Positions 1-12,551 of a stretch of DNA of 44,251 nt are shown here, one piece after another. The notes below the pieces were generated by a model. It made no database searches. It saw only the letters and a program-made list of their open reading frames with translations, and had not been told where the DNA came from. The DNA is from Choristocarpus tenellus KU-1152. Its lineage: Eukaryota; Protista; Phaeophyceae. Positions within the stretch are counted from its first letter, which is position 1; each line of letters begins with the position of its first letter. Position numbers and translations under genes: made by a program. The stretch spans positions 1 to 44,251 of the forward strand of contig CAXNAD020000025.1 of assembly GCA_964200185.2 (NCBI GenBank), read 5' to 3'.

Positions 1-79
1 TCTCACGCTGCGGGACCGAGTTCAATGGCGTCCAGTACATGCGGCTGGTGGCCTTGCGTCAACCCCAACGTACCCATTC

Positions 80-244
80 TCAAGCACTACTGCCTCTCAC
101 ACAGTCATCGTGGAGTTCGGGATCCCTTACACCACATATACCATGGAGGTACCCACTGCACTTACGGCACTTGAGGATTGTGTAGAAAGGCGGACCCGGT
201 GTGTTAGAAGGCATTTTGCAGAGGTTTCCCGCGGCAGAAGGCAT
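80..244 (-). mobile_element. Probable degenerate transposon-associated Cys/His-rich N-terminal domain (remnant, may continue beyond window)
   Basis: Minus ATG at 244 gives MPSAAGNLCKMP...KCRKCSGYLHGICGVRDPELHDDCVR, then a stop at 80-82. The CxxC-x3-LHGICG pattern resembles Zn-binding N-termini I associate with brown-algal DNA-transposon ORFs (recalled, not searched). The flanking 300-560 region has repeated GGTACA motifs. Confidence 0.3.
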
Positions 245-756
245 GGCTTCCACTTTATTCCCGTACCAGCAACGTATTGTACTGCTGTATGGTAGCATGA
301 CTGAGGAAGAAAGGCACTTTTCGCGATAAGTTTTTACGCGCGCGCCAAACTCGCATGAATATCTCTGGCATTTTGTGCCAAATCGCCCGAGTACGAGAAT
401 TCCGGTACAAACGCCATTTTTTTGAGCATGTCGAAACAAGTGGGTACAAAATTGCATATTTTTCTATTTGGTTCATAATGTTTAGGCCCAAAATAGGGGT
501 ACCTTCTGTATCATCTTCATATGAAAAAAATATGATTAAATCTGGTACACTTTCTTCAATGAAACAATTAATAATATTGTGACGATGCAATATAAACGCC
601 CCGCTATATTTGTATGGTTTTTCATGTGACGAACGCCAAACGCACTCACTCTCGTTCATACCATAACTTCCTTGTGATCATTCGATCACCAATCATCCTG
701 AGCACGTTTAAGGGGAGTAGAATCCATAGTGCTAAGCTCCTGTCATACTTGAAACT

Positions 757-3700
757 ATGAGATCTATTTCTCTCGCGGTGGTTCTGGGTGCATCAGGAGG
801 GTCAGCCTTCCAGGCTAGCTTGAACCTTGCGCGCCCAGTTGTGACCTCACGCTCCGCTCTGTCGATGTCTTCTAAGGCAGGGACGGGGACAGGCAAGGGT
901 TTGGACTACAACCCAGACAAATATGAGGATAAGAACAGTGCCAACTACCGCAGGTTGTCCGATGCTCTCAAGGTGAGTCTGTTATCTTTACTTATCCGGT
1001 GATTCCTAAATATCGAAATGCGCAGTGGTGCATAATTGGGAAAGAGAAGTTGAGGCAGTAGTTTCCACCCAGTGATTTTTATCATATTTCGCTCTTGGAA
1101 TGATCGTTTTGCAAACTTGTTTTTGTACATCTAATTTACTCTGTCACACAAGAACCTCACAAGAGGAACTTTATCATCTGGAGTCCCCACTTGCTATTTG
1201 CTCCTTGGGGACTGAAGTTTCAGCCTATCTGCTATAAGATTCTTACTCTATATCATAGTCGCAATAGTTGGTGGATGCGACGTTGGACATAGTGATGTGT
1301 ATGACTGGCACCACCTCCTGCCCATGAAACGTTTAAGTCCTGTTTCATGTCTCAAGTCTCACCCTTCTCCTTGTCAGGCTGCTGATGTGGAGGCGCGCAA
1401 GAACGCGGAGGAGGCCGAGAAGAGGGAAAGAGCTGCTGAGATTCGCCGTGACGAACGTCTGGCGAAAATCAAATACATGAAAGACATGGATGACGGAGTT
1501 GAGGTATGCATTTCTGTTTCAGCTCAAATGTTTCAAGTTGCCCTCTTCTCCGCCTGCTATGTGATCTTTGACTCTCCTCCATCAGTTCCTTTAGATATAT
1601 GCTTTCAAGTGTAAGGTCGAGGGAACGCGTCACAGACGGTGGGTTACTCGGAATGTGTTCACCCAACAGTAAATATCAACAGTACCACGAAATAATAGTT
1701 ACCCACCTGGTCTTGATGCAAAGTGTCCACGAGTTAATACGAAGGTGATCTGCTTCTTCCTATTTTGTTTGTGCGCTGGCAACTTGTTCAAGGTGGGCAC
1801 CATTGGGGACTTTATGTTCAAGGAAGGTGTCAGAGATATTCTTGACAAACTGGATGATGACCTTGTTGGTCTTATTCCTGTCAAGAAGAGGGTTCGCGAA
1901 ATTGCAGCTCTTCTTGTGCTGGACAAAGTAAGTGTTGTGTTGCCTGTACTTGATAATACTGCGACAATACTTCATAGATGTGTTCCATCTACATTTATGG
2001 GAACTGTGAACATCTTTATAAATGATCAAAGCAGTGTTCAGCTGGTATGCATATGCTGATCTTTTTTGTCGGACAATGTCCGTGTCCTTTTGATGATCTG
2101 AGTTCATTGCATAGCACAACGATAACATCGAACCCATGTACCTAATTGGCAGATGCGTGGAAAGCTTGGTTTTGACACGGCAGTGCCTTCCCTGCACATG
2201 TGTTTCACCGGTGCTCCTGGTACTGGTAAGACAACTGTTGCCCTACGAATGGGGCAGATCCTCCAGCGTATGGGATACTGCAGGCAGGGGCACGTAGTTG
2301 TGGCCACCAGGGATGACTTGGTTGGCCAGTATGTTGGTCACACTGCACCCAAGACCAAGGTAAGTTTCATCCTGGTGCAGAACCGTTCTTCAGGTTTAGT
2401 GTGACATGTACCTAATTTTTCGTCTCGTTGTGTGTGACCTGGAGATTCATTCACTACAAATTCAAGGTGCAGTACATGATAACATTGTTCTTTGCACAAT
2501 CGTTTTCTCTGTTCAAGAGTGTTTTCAACTCTTTTGGGCGCTGCTTGTGTAGATACTGAAATGCCGAAGTTGTGGCTGTTTCTTTCTTGATTATAGTTGT
2601 GGTGTGTGCCTGGTGTGCTCTAGTCTAAACTTCTATATGAACAATCCCTAAATTTGTAGGAGATGATCAAGAAAGCCTTTGGTGGTATCCTGCTGGTGGA
2701 TGAGGCCTACTACTTGTACAATGCTGCTAATGACAAGGATTATGGACAGGAGTCCATTGAGATCCTTCTCAACATCATGGAGGAACAAAAGGAAGACCTG
2801 ATTGTTACCCTTGCTGGGTAGGTTTGTGTGTTGGTGTGTCACACTTTTGTTGTTAGATGTTGTGATTATGTCAAATGACAATTTTGTGAAACACTTTATT
2901 CCTTAGACTAAAGAGATCTTGTTCTATGGGATCATTTAGAAATTTGTCGCAGAATGCTCATCTAATTTTTTTTCCTGTTGCATTTGGGCTGTGACTGTTG
3001 TGTTTACTGGGAAGTTAGAAAGTTTGTATTATGATGCAAGGTATATTGCCTCTACCCTTCCAGTAATAAGCACAGAGAATTATGTACCGTTTTGTGTGTT
3101 GAAAAGGAAAAGGATGCATACTGGAAGGTTTGTATCAGACATAGTTGCATCTCCTGAAAGTAAAACGTTTTGTGGTTTTTTGAGATTGTTATTAGTCCCA
3201 TGTTTTGCCATTTAGGAAGGAATTAAACTTCATGATTCTCAACATTTTAGTAAGAGAGTTTACGTGGGTGGGGCTTAAATGAAGTGTTTTTAGCACACTC
3301 CTCTCAATCCTAAAATTTAGTATCACATTCTGTATGTGCAACTGGCTTCATAATCCAATGTTGTCCATGTGGACAAATCTACAGATACAAGGACCGCATG
3401 GACCGTTTCTTCTCTTACATCCCTGGTATGTCGAGCCGTGTGGGTAACCACATTGACTTCCCCAACTACCAGACTGATGAGCTGGTGGAAATTGCAGGTG
3501 TAATGGCGAGGGATCTTCAGTACTTCATGGATGATGAGTAAGTAAAACTGCTTCCATTTACAACTTTCTTCTACAACGATTGGTGTTGATACTTCTGTCA
3601 TTACATACAGTCCTGAGTCTAAAGCCCTGATACAACCTTTCCCCTTCATTGGTTGGAGTTGAGTGATTGTACTTGGACCGGTTGTGGTTCATCCTTGGTG

Positions 3701-4749
3701 AACCAACGATGCTCTACTTGAACACATGCTATATATTTACTGCTTTCACAGGGCCACAGAAGTGTTCAAGGAGTACATCGAGCACCGCCAGAAGTTCCCC
3801 TTCTTCTCCAATGCCCGTACGGTGAGTGTTTATCTATGTTCAGTTTTAGTGCGATCCTTGCCATCACTTTTTTTAATAGTGAACGGTTGTCTTTGCTACT
3901 GGTAGTGGGTGCCTCTTGTAAATAGGTTCCATTACACACAACACAATGCAAATTACTTCCTACATCTGTCCTAGTGAGTCATCACATAGCTCAAGTTTAT
4001 CATGTTCTTCGTGATGTTTCTAGTAAGGGCACTACCACAAATGAGAACGACCAACTGTTTCCAATATTCCCATTTTTCTGTTTTTTTTTGTGGAAAGTAA
4101 TCTTGTTTTCAAAATCCGAAATTGGAACCCACCATTCCCTGACCTGCCTATGCCTAACACACAATGCATGACCTAGGTGCGGAATGCCATGGACCGTGCT
4201 CGCATGAACTCTGCTATCCGAGTGTTCAATGGAGCTATCAACAATGGTGATGAAAGTGAACAGGGAGGCATGGTTTCTGAAAAGGTTGGTGCTCTTGCTA
4301 CCAGAAGACATCTTCCCTAATCTGCCATGCTATTTGATAGTACCATTTTACAAGTCAGGAAAATGTTGATACTGACCGAACACTCTTGCAATCTATAATG
4401 CGGTTATACAGATTTCTTGCCTGGAATTTTAAGTATATTTTTCCCTTCGCTTTGAATACACTTCCTTACGTCCAAATGTATTAACCCTCTCTGCTAATGT
4501 TAGTATGCACAGGTACATTCGGTTATGAAAGGAAATCTTTAGGTTGAGATTATGATGCAAGGAGCTTTGGAACAATTTTGTACAAAATCTAATTTCATTC
4601 TTTGACAGACTAAGATCTGATTCATATTTGCTCTTGCCCAACAAATACACCAGGACCTTGCGGTTATCACCAAATCAGACTTCCAGATTCTTGTGGATGA
4701 GCTTGTTGCCCTTGAAGCAGCTGGAAAGACCGATGCCATTGTTGCCTAA
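757..4749 (+). CDS. cbbX: Nuclear-encoded, plastid-targeted CbbX (red-type Rubisco activase, AAA+ ATPase), ~422 aa
   Basis: Exons 757-972, 1378-1503, 1793-1927, 2153-2359, 2660-2817, 3385-3537, 3752-3821, 4177-4284, 4654-4749 (1269 nt, all GT-AG, phases consistent). CbbX signatures: [32 protein letters not shown] (Walker A), [16 protein letters not shown] (pore loop), [11 protein letters not shown] (Walker B), [35 protein letters not shown]. The N-terminus [18 protein letters not shown] fits a signal peptide + ASAF-type motif. Confidence 0.96.
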
Positions 4750-7700
4750 GTAGTGTTGCACTTCTTTCTTTCTCCACAGTGGGGATTGCAGTTTTTGTTA
4801 ACCAAAAACACAAGTAGAAGCAGGCATGAGGCAAGTGGGAAAAATAGACAGGAAGGTGGAGCATGCAAAGGATGCAAAGTCTGAAATGTGGCTTAAGGTC
4901 CAATAATGACTTTAACTTCGGCTAAATGTTAAAAACTCAATAGTTTGGGGCTTGGGAGGTGGCATGTTTGCCTCTCCTGCCCCCCATGCTTTTCATTATC
5001 TGGGAGGCCTGTGCTCTATGGTCTTGTATGCATGCATCTGGACCCATCCGTATTCTTTTGTGAGCTCAACTCCGTGAATGCATAGAGGGTGAAAAGTTGT
5101 GGGTAAGCACTGAGAACTTGGTTTTCCTCATAGACATGTTGATGTCGGAGATTGTGAAGGTATCAATTTAGTTCAATACAATGGTTATACCCTTGTTATG
5201 TATTGGATAGGATCTCTTCTCCATCTGACACTTGTTCTCAGGACTGGAATAGATATCCAGGTTATTTTGTTAGGATGATACTTGACTTGGGTATCATGGA
5301 GAACATGGTTTCTGAGCAGCTTTTTGTTTTGCGTCCACTTCTTTGCTGCTCTTAAAGACAATCTTTTTTGAGCTGTGTGATAAAAGTTTCTGTGCTACAA
5401 TTTGATTTGCCAAAGGTCTGGCTCAATTAATTCAGAATACTTAAAAAGTATATGAAATGATTGCAAGATTTCCACTGGATGGTAAGTGTAAGGATGAAGT
5501 TCAAAGTGAAAAATATGCAATAGGTGAGATAGCAAAAATGAGAAGAATTGAACTGTGGTCCTACATGAGGATTTTTAAAGTACACCAAACCTTTTGGTAG
5601 GTTTGGAGATGGTGCAATATCCTTGGCAACAGCTGTGTAATAAATTGGAATATCATTATAAACCTGTAACAGTTTTGAGGTAATCATATAATTGCTTATC
5701 CCCCATACACCATTGTGAACATTTGGTCATATCTCTGTTATAACTAAACAATATTCACCCATGAGATCATTCCTTCATCAGTATTGATAAATGCACAAGC
5801 TAAACTAGGGCTATTCGAACGGATTCCACTTTTTTGCTAACTTCAGATGTTTGTTCGTGAGTATTTCAACTTCTCTACCAACCTTATCATGATACACCTA
5901 CCAGCACCATAACTACATTTCCTCAGTTAATAAAACTTATATTATGATGCTATACTTCGAATTATCGAGAGGATGTTATTTGCTGAGCCTTATCTCTATA
6001 TTTGTAACTATGTCACATTGTGATGTAGATCATGCACACTGTCTCCAATGGGGCAGATTGTAAAGGTCGGAAGTGGAAGTTGGTTCCATCCACCTTTGGC
6101 CAGAAACAATCGGCTCATACTAATTTATTGCAATGAAGGGAAAGTGGATTGTGGAAGCCCTTCAGTATTTTACTCATGTGAAAAATATGTCGCAGATAAT
6201 GAAACAGGGGCTTCATGGAGCTAAAGGAAAGACTTAGCAACCATCATTCAACTATTGTATGGATCTTGATGTAAGATCTATATAGCAATACCAAGCAAAG
6301 TTGAATCGATCATCTGTGGTTGGGGTTGTGTATAGGACAGAAGAAAATGGTTGAAGCTATGAAGGATGGTATGAATACAAAGAATGCTGTTGTTAAAAGG
6401 TGATGGTGAGGCTCCTGATGTCCAAGGAAAAACATTAACATGTGAAACGATGTTTAAGTTTGATGTGTCAATATCTGTAGCCCATTAAACTATGACAAGA
6501 GATTAATATGGGAGTTCATTTACGGAATGTGAAAACCAATGATCCCTGAATGTTAGGTGGAATGATGGGTTGTGCAATATCACAGAGAACCTCTAGGCAC
6601 GACTATTGATCTCAATCGGGGCGTATCAGAAACATAGCATAGGGTGTTAGTGCAAGTGTATATAATTTGTTTTGTGACATGTCTGGAGAAATCAGCACAA
6701 AACATGCCAGTTTGTTGTACACAACATTCAAATCTCATACTTAGGTCTGAATTCAAAATATGAAGCATTTCTTAACAAGTAATTTTGGGCGTCAATGGAA
6801 ATTAAAATATCGTATCAGAATATTTGAGGAGATTGATGATTGTGATGTGGGGGTGATGGTGCCTGGTATTTATCATACACTTTTTAAAATTGACATTGTA
6901 ATGAAACTAAGTGGAACGCTGCACAAAGTCACTTTGAAACCTATAGTTCTAAGATATATTTCAGGACTACAAAAAAATGAGCATGAAGCAATAAACCTTT
7001 GTATAGTGCACAGATACCCTAATGGTAAATATTTTTTGTATAAATATACTGGGACTTGAAGCATAATCTGCATAAAAGAGTGAAACTGTGGAGGTGCATT
7101 GTATTGATACCAATAACTTATTGGTATCAATACTGATTAATCATCACAAGTTGATCATGAACATTCTTGGTTGACAAGAATTTACTGATATCTATTTTCT
7201 TAACATTCTTCTGAGGATTCTCCTGATCCGTGTTCAAAAGCACTACACAATGCGCTACTTCTAATACACAGTACTACTGTAACTTTTACTCTATGACCAG
7301 TTGTATTTCCTTTTTTCCTTCCTTGATTATCATGTGTAGGGTTCAGCACTCCCACTGCTTGTCTCTTAATCTCCTCCCTCAAATTATGTGCTGGACCACT
7401 GTCCCTAGGTATCCACCCAATCTTGGTCCAGTGCTCTTGTCCTTGTGGTGTAGTGATGGACAAGATAGTACAGGCGTCAAATTGATTGTTCTTGCAACAT
7501 GGAATTGGATGACTGAAACCCTATTTCAATGAAAATAATTCTGCCATGGAAGGGGGTTCAAACACCCCAAATTTATGCAGGGAATACTTTGAGCAAGTGA
7601 GCAGGTGATGTGGGTGAGCTCATCCGTGCAGGCTCTCTCAGTCAATAGCCTCCTTAACCAATGAGTCACTGACAAGTAGGAACTTAGTTGCTTTTAACTT

Positions 7701-9211
7701 ACACAGTGCAAGACAAAGTGGACAACTTGTTCGGGGGGAGAAAAAAAGTGACAAGACACAGAATCTAATGCCCATCCTTACATGAAATAGGTCGTTTCAC
7801 ACAGAACATGAACCACAATTAATAAGAAATACCTGTCATAATTTTCTCCTCTTGTGGTTGTCCCTCACCAATCAGGAATGCTTTTTATCATGTAGTGCAG
7901 CCCATCAACTTGCTGACCGCACAATTGTAGGCATGCTCATGTATCAGGGCCCAAACGATCTAGATAGCAGGTTGGTCAACAGCCAACAAGTTACTTTGCA
8001 TTGCCAACCAAGTGGATTAAAAAATCATTCTACTGCATTGGAGTAGAGACACAAGTGTGTATGGTTTTCATTGATGTAGGAGATAGGAGGTGAATTTCTT
8101 GCTTGTCAAACTAAAAACCAAGCACTACACAATACTAGGAGTTGAACACTGTACCCTAGGTAGTGCACAGGACTAGAGTGCGTAATACCACTAATGTCCA
8201 CTCAAACACAGATTTGTTTCTGGAGAGAGGAATGAGAAAAATGACAAAAATTTGACATCCACTCCAGCGCACTATTAACACAGTATGTACAGTACGTGTG
8301 GGGCAGACCTGACCCTAGACCGTACAAAGTACTGTGGAGAATTCAGAATGTGTTTGTCATCAGTGCAATACTTGCAGTCAATGTGATCAATATTCCAGTC
8401 AGAGTTTCAGATTTAGTCCTGTGATCATGCTTAAACCCAAATCTTGTTGAGGCCCCAGTAGGTGCTTTGCTGTGTTCCAAATAATATCCAGCTCAAGCAT
8501 CAGTGCTCCAACTGATTCAACCATAAATTAACTTTAATTGACACAGGATGCGAAACATAAAACTGGAGATCAAAAACATTGTTACCACTCTACATATTTT
8601 AATCGCTTCCACGAGAATGAGTTAGCTAAGAGTTAGTCAAACAGGTGCATTCAACTCGGAACACTAGAGTGAAGAGAACATTCAAGCAATGAATTATGGC
8701 CATGAACACATCATCGTTGGCCTTGGCAATGGGGAGTAAAGAACAGAAAGCCACACACTAAAGTCACCATGTGGTGTCTTAAGCATCACAACGTGAGATA
8801 TCCTCACTCTAGTTTGAGTTGGAAACAGTGTGACTTGCTCTGAAGATATGGTCAAAAAGTTGCAAAAATCACCAGCACAAGTACCGAGGTTGCAACTACT
8901 TCCTCAAATCAACACCAATTTCTGTGAATCTAAGAGTAATTTGATAATCATTCTGAGTCAGTAATTTCAAACATTTGCGTTTGAGGTGGTCAGGATTAGG
9001 CCCAACCTGTGCCTGAATAGAGAGTGAAAACATAAAAAAATGTACTTTCCAATGTGTATACTTGGAGAACTGTGGAGTTAAACTGCATTTCAAATCGTGG
9101 AGACATCAAAGGGGTCAAGAGTGCAGGGTCTGCGATTTCCCTACAATGCAGAGGGATCAACAAAGGGCAGGAACAGCCCCAAATCTGAAGGCTGTTTGAT
9201 TGTGATTTTTA

Positions 9212-10493
9212 TCACCTCTCCCTCCGTCTATCCTTGTTTCGAAGATCTCCGAACTTTACTCCAGGGAGTGGCTTTGCTCTCCTCCCATCCCCTCGTTGAG
9301 ATTCCTTCCAGATTGACCGGGGTTTAACCGTTGTTTCCAAACGCATTATCCACGTCCCCTCTCCTATTGGTGTGTCTGGATCCAGCACCCAGGGTTCAGG
9401 ACCTCCAGTAGCAGCACCCCTTGGAGCAGCAGGAAGTATTTCTGCAATGACAAGGTCCCCACTGAGTATTCCACGATCAACCTCCACAGCAACGAGATGT
9501 CTTACGGTTGATGTTGGGGTAACCAGGAGGCAGTCTTGTAGTGGTGCTGGTTGTGCTCCTTGCCAACCTAGACTCTGCAATGTGGTAAAATCTCCTACCG
9601 GAAAAACAAATGAGGGAGGTCGGAGTCCCACTGCTGCAGACAACGCCCGCATGATTCCTGTTCCTTGACAAATCTCGAAAGCAACTTCCGCACGTTTAAC
9701 CTCTCGCCTGTTCATCACTTGCTCAAACCCTGGTCGAACCTGGTGGTGGATATAGAGGGCGAGGCCTTAACATTTTGAAGATTGTCAAGGGGAGTATTTC
9801 GCTTATCAACTTCAGCATCGAATTTTTTTTCCCGTAACTATTCCTGAAGTAACTGCAAATATCTTACTTGAAACACCACATACTGACCCTGAAGGTTGTT
9901 GCACCTCGATGATAGGAAATCCTCCCGCCTTCCCGCTCCTGTTCATGTAACCAAAGCTCGGTGTATGGACTTACAGGTACCAATGGAACTTTTTGACATG
10001 AGAGTTTCGCCTTGGTGGCATTTAGACGCTCGATAGCCAGTGAAGGATTAAGTGGGAGGTGATCATGTACGTCGATGCTTGCAGCGACTGCAATGGGGAT
10101 TGGAAAGCAGAGACGTTCGCGAGCACGATCTAATGCTGCTAGGATGGGACAAGGATCAGGCCACACTTTGGTATTGCGCAAAAGAGACCCAATTTCTACA
10201 ACTAAAATCAAGGAGATCAACTGGTCGCTAAGCTCAGTAGCCGTAACATGAGCTAGTGTTGCTGGCAGAAGCCTTTCACCTCCTGGTGAGAACCCACAAG
10301 GTGAAGTCTGCGACAACTCCCCCTGTTTGGGAAGAGAGGAGGACACCCAGCGAACTGATCCTTCTCTTGTCTCTTCAGGGTTAAGCGCTGTATCTGATGG
10401 AGCTGCAGCGGCCGCCAAAAAATTTAGCTTGCACTTTGAAGGACGACCAAGAAGACCCAACCTCACATCGACCTCACCCCTTCGACCTTCCAT
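9212..10493 (-). CDS. Ygr210/YchF (Obg-family)-like protein with degenerate G motifs and C-terminal TGS-like domain; putative pseudo-GTPase, ~377 aa
   Basis: Exons 10493-9888 and 9739-9212 are joined by a phase-0 GT-AG intron (9887-9740). RLGLLGRPSKCKLNFLAA sits at the G1 position, GERLLPATLAHVT at G3, LILVVE at strand 4. The C-terminal half matches the Ygr210-type pattern: LVPVSPYTELWL...ISYHRGATTF...GTGIMRALSAAV..RPPSFVFPVGD...LQDCLLVTPTSTV...LSGDLVIAE. The 3' end is uncertain: GAGAG|gtgata at ~9214 could be another donor leading to exons at ~9140-9062 and ~9012-8896. Confidence 0.75.
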
Positions 10494-10968
10494 GAGACAG
10501 GTCGTGGCACTATTTCATTGAATTTTTCTGCTTTTAAGTTGAAACTACCACCAAGGGCACCTTACATTGAAAGATAGAAACAACATCTCATTTTTGTTAT
10601 TCAACTAGTCACCCAATGATCCATTAGATTTTTATTGATCCTTTGATAATTGTTAGTTCTTATTTGTATTTAGTGTTGACCATATGCACTCAAGATCCAT
10701 CCATGTCATCTGGTCAGCACAGGCTTCATAGAACAAGTACGGGCAGCTGGCACGTGTCAATGGGTGGCTTTGGGTATCAACTGCTTTTGGCGAGTGAATG
10801 AGGTTTAAGACCACATGCCTGGTTTCACATAAGAAAACAGATATAGGTATCCTGTGCCTCAACACGTGCTTGCTGTGTCTACTACGTCACAGGTGGAAAG
10901 AAGGAGAACTGAGTGCAAAGTGAAAGTTTTTGGATAGGATTGCTGTTGCTGGCGAACAACAACGAACA
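10494..10968. promoter_or_regulatory. Putative bidirectional promoter / 5'UTRs between pseudo-GTPase (-) and bZIP (+)
   Basis: Divergent start codons are 475 nt apart. Inferred from gene geometry only. Confidence 0.45.
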
Positions 10969-12551
10969 ATGGGCGAGGGCCGATGCCTCAACGACCTTGA
11001 GCTAGAGATAGCACGCAATCTGGCCACTTGCTATCGTAGGCCTCATGGTATGGAAGTAGAAGAAGCACTTGATGAAGACCTTCATGACGAGGAAAGTGGG
11101 GAGTCATTCCCAACTGGATCCTTTGGGGCCCGTACAGAAATTCAGCGCCAACGCCGTCATGGTTATGATCAAGACGAGGACCACGAAGACCAAGATGAAG
11201 AAGGACTTTCGGATGATGAAGTCTGCGGTAAGAGCAAGTGCATGTCGGTCGAAGACAGGAAGGCTCGCAACCGCGAACGCAACCGTCTACACGCAAGAAA
11301 GACCCGCCAACGGAAAAAGCAGCATGTCCAAGAATTGCAACTGCGGATATGGGAACTCCGGCAAGAGCGTCAGCATCTCATTCAGCTCGCAACCGAGCAT
11401 CGCACAGCTGGTGTTCTTCTAACGCTGAGTGGTTCACCCCCAGCATCACCAGACAACCGCAACTCAACAAATCCTACAGATATCGCCCAGTTCAAACCGG
11501 CTCCCAAGCAGCGAGACTGGGATAGGGAGTTGGCCTTTCATCACAGGGCCTTGCGGAAGATTACTCAGCAATTTGAGAGTATGGACGGCAATCAATTGTC
11601 TGGTGAAGAGCGGGGTGTTGGTGCTGGTCGGGCTGGTCCCTGTCCAAGGTCTAAGGCGCGCAGTGGGAAGGGCCAGTGTGTTGCAGACCGGACAGAATTG
11701 AGGAGGGAGAGGAACCGCATGCACGCGAAGCGTACAAGAAACAGGAAGAAACTCTTCGTTGAGGCCTGCAGTGTGATAATCGACAAGATGGTGAGAATTT
11801 TGAGGTATTGACGGAGGAGATCACCACTTACCAATTGTGTATCATGTCGTAGAAACTTTTTTGGCTAATGATGTGGACTATATATCCTTATCCGCATCCA
11901 CTAGTTGCTATCGTCAAGACTGTCGCACATTTCCCACCTTATTTGTGTATATCACAGTGCTCTCTCGCTTCCTTTTGAAGGTAAAGATAGGATTCTGAAT
12001 TTTAACTCATCACGAAATTCTTTGTGCAGGTTGTGGAGAATGAGCGACTTCAGACAGAAACCCAGGCGATGGGAGTATATATTCCACAGAAGTTGCCCCA
12101 CTGCTCTACACAGAACAGTTTGCCCTCAGAGCCGCTCCCAGAGTACCTGGCGGCTCTATGGGACTTTGCAGAGGGAAGGACACCAGGAACTACACCACGT
12201 ACAGGGCGCTCAAAACGTTCACGTTCGCCAAGTCCGCTCTCAGAACAGGCCCTAATTGGTGCTCCTATTGTGCCAGTTGCCCCGGTGCTGGGACAGGAAA
12301 TGGAAGATGCAGAGGCGCTGTGCTCATTTATGGAGACAGCGCAGGGTCGAGCAGCAAAGCGTTCATGCCACTCCGCCCAGGAGAAAATGATCCATATGTA
12401 TCATTCTCAAAGACAATGGTCGGACCATGGCAGCACCACCTCTGAGTGCCGTGGTAGCTCTGATGATGAAGAAACCAGTGACCGTGGGGATTCAAAATAT
12501 AACTCGCCAATGTACTGGGTCCATGGAACAGGTGAAAACTGGCCGAGTTAG
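10969..12551 (+). CDS. bZIP transcription factor with two tandem bZIP domains, ~447 aa
   Basis: Exons 10969-11790 and 12030-12551 (ATG|gtgaga...tgcag|GTT, phase 0). Basic regions RNRERNRLHARKTRQRKK (zipper VQELQLRIWELRQERQHL) and RRERNRMHAKRTRNRKK (zipper continues across the intron: IIDKMVVENERLQTE). Both are N-x7-R. Acidic N-terminal tract. No LOV domain, so not an aureochrome. An upstream acceptor at ~10892 suggests a 5'UTR intron. Confidence 0.88.

Noticed and set aside
10969-12551. Aureochrome assignment for the bZIP gene
   Set aside because: No LOV (GRNCRFLQ) domain in or near the gene.
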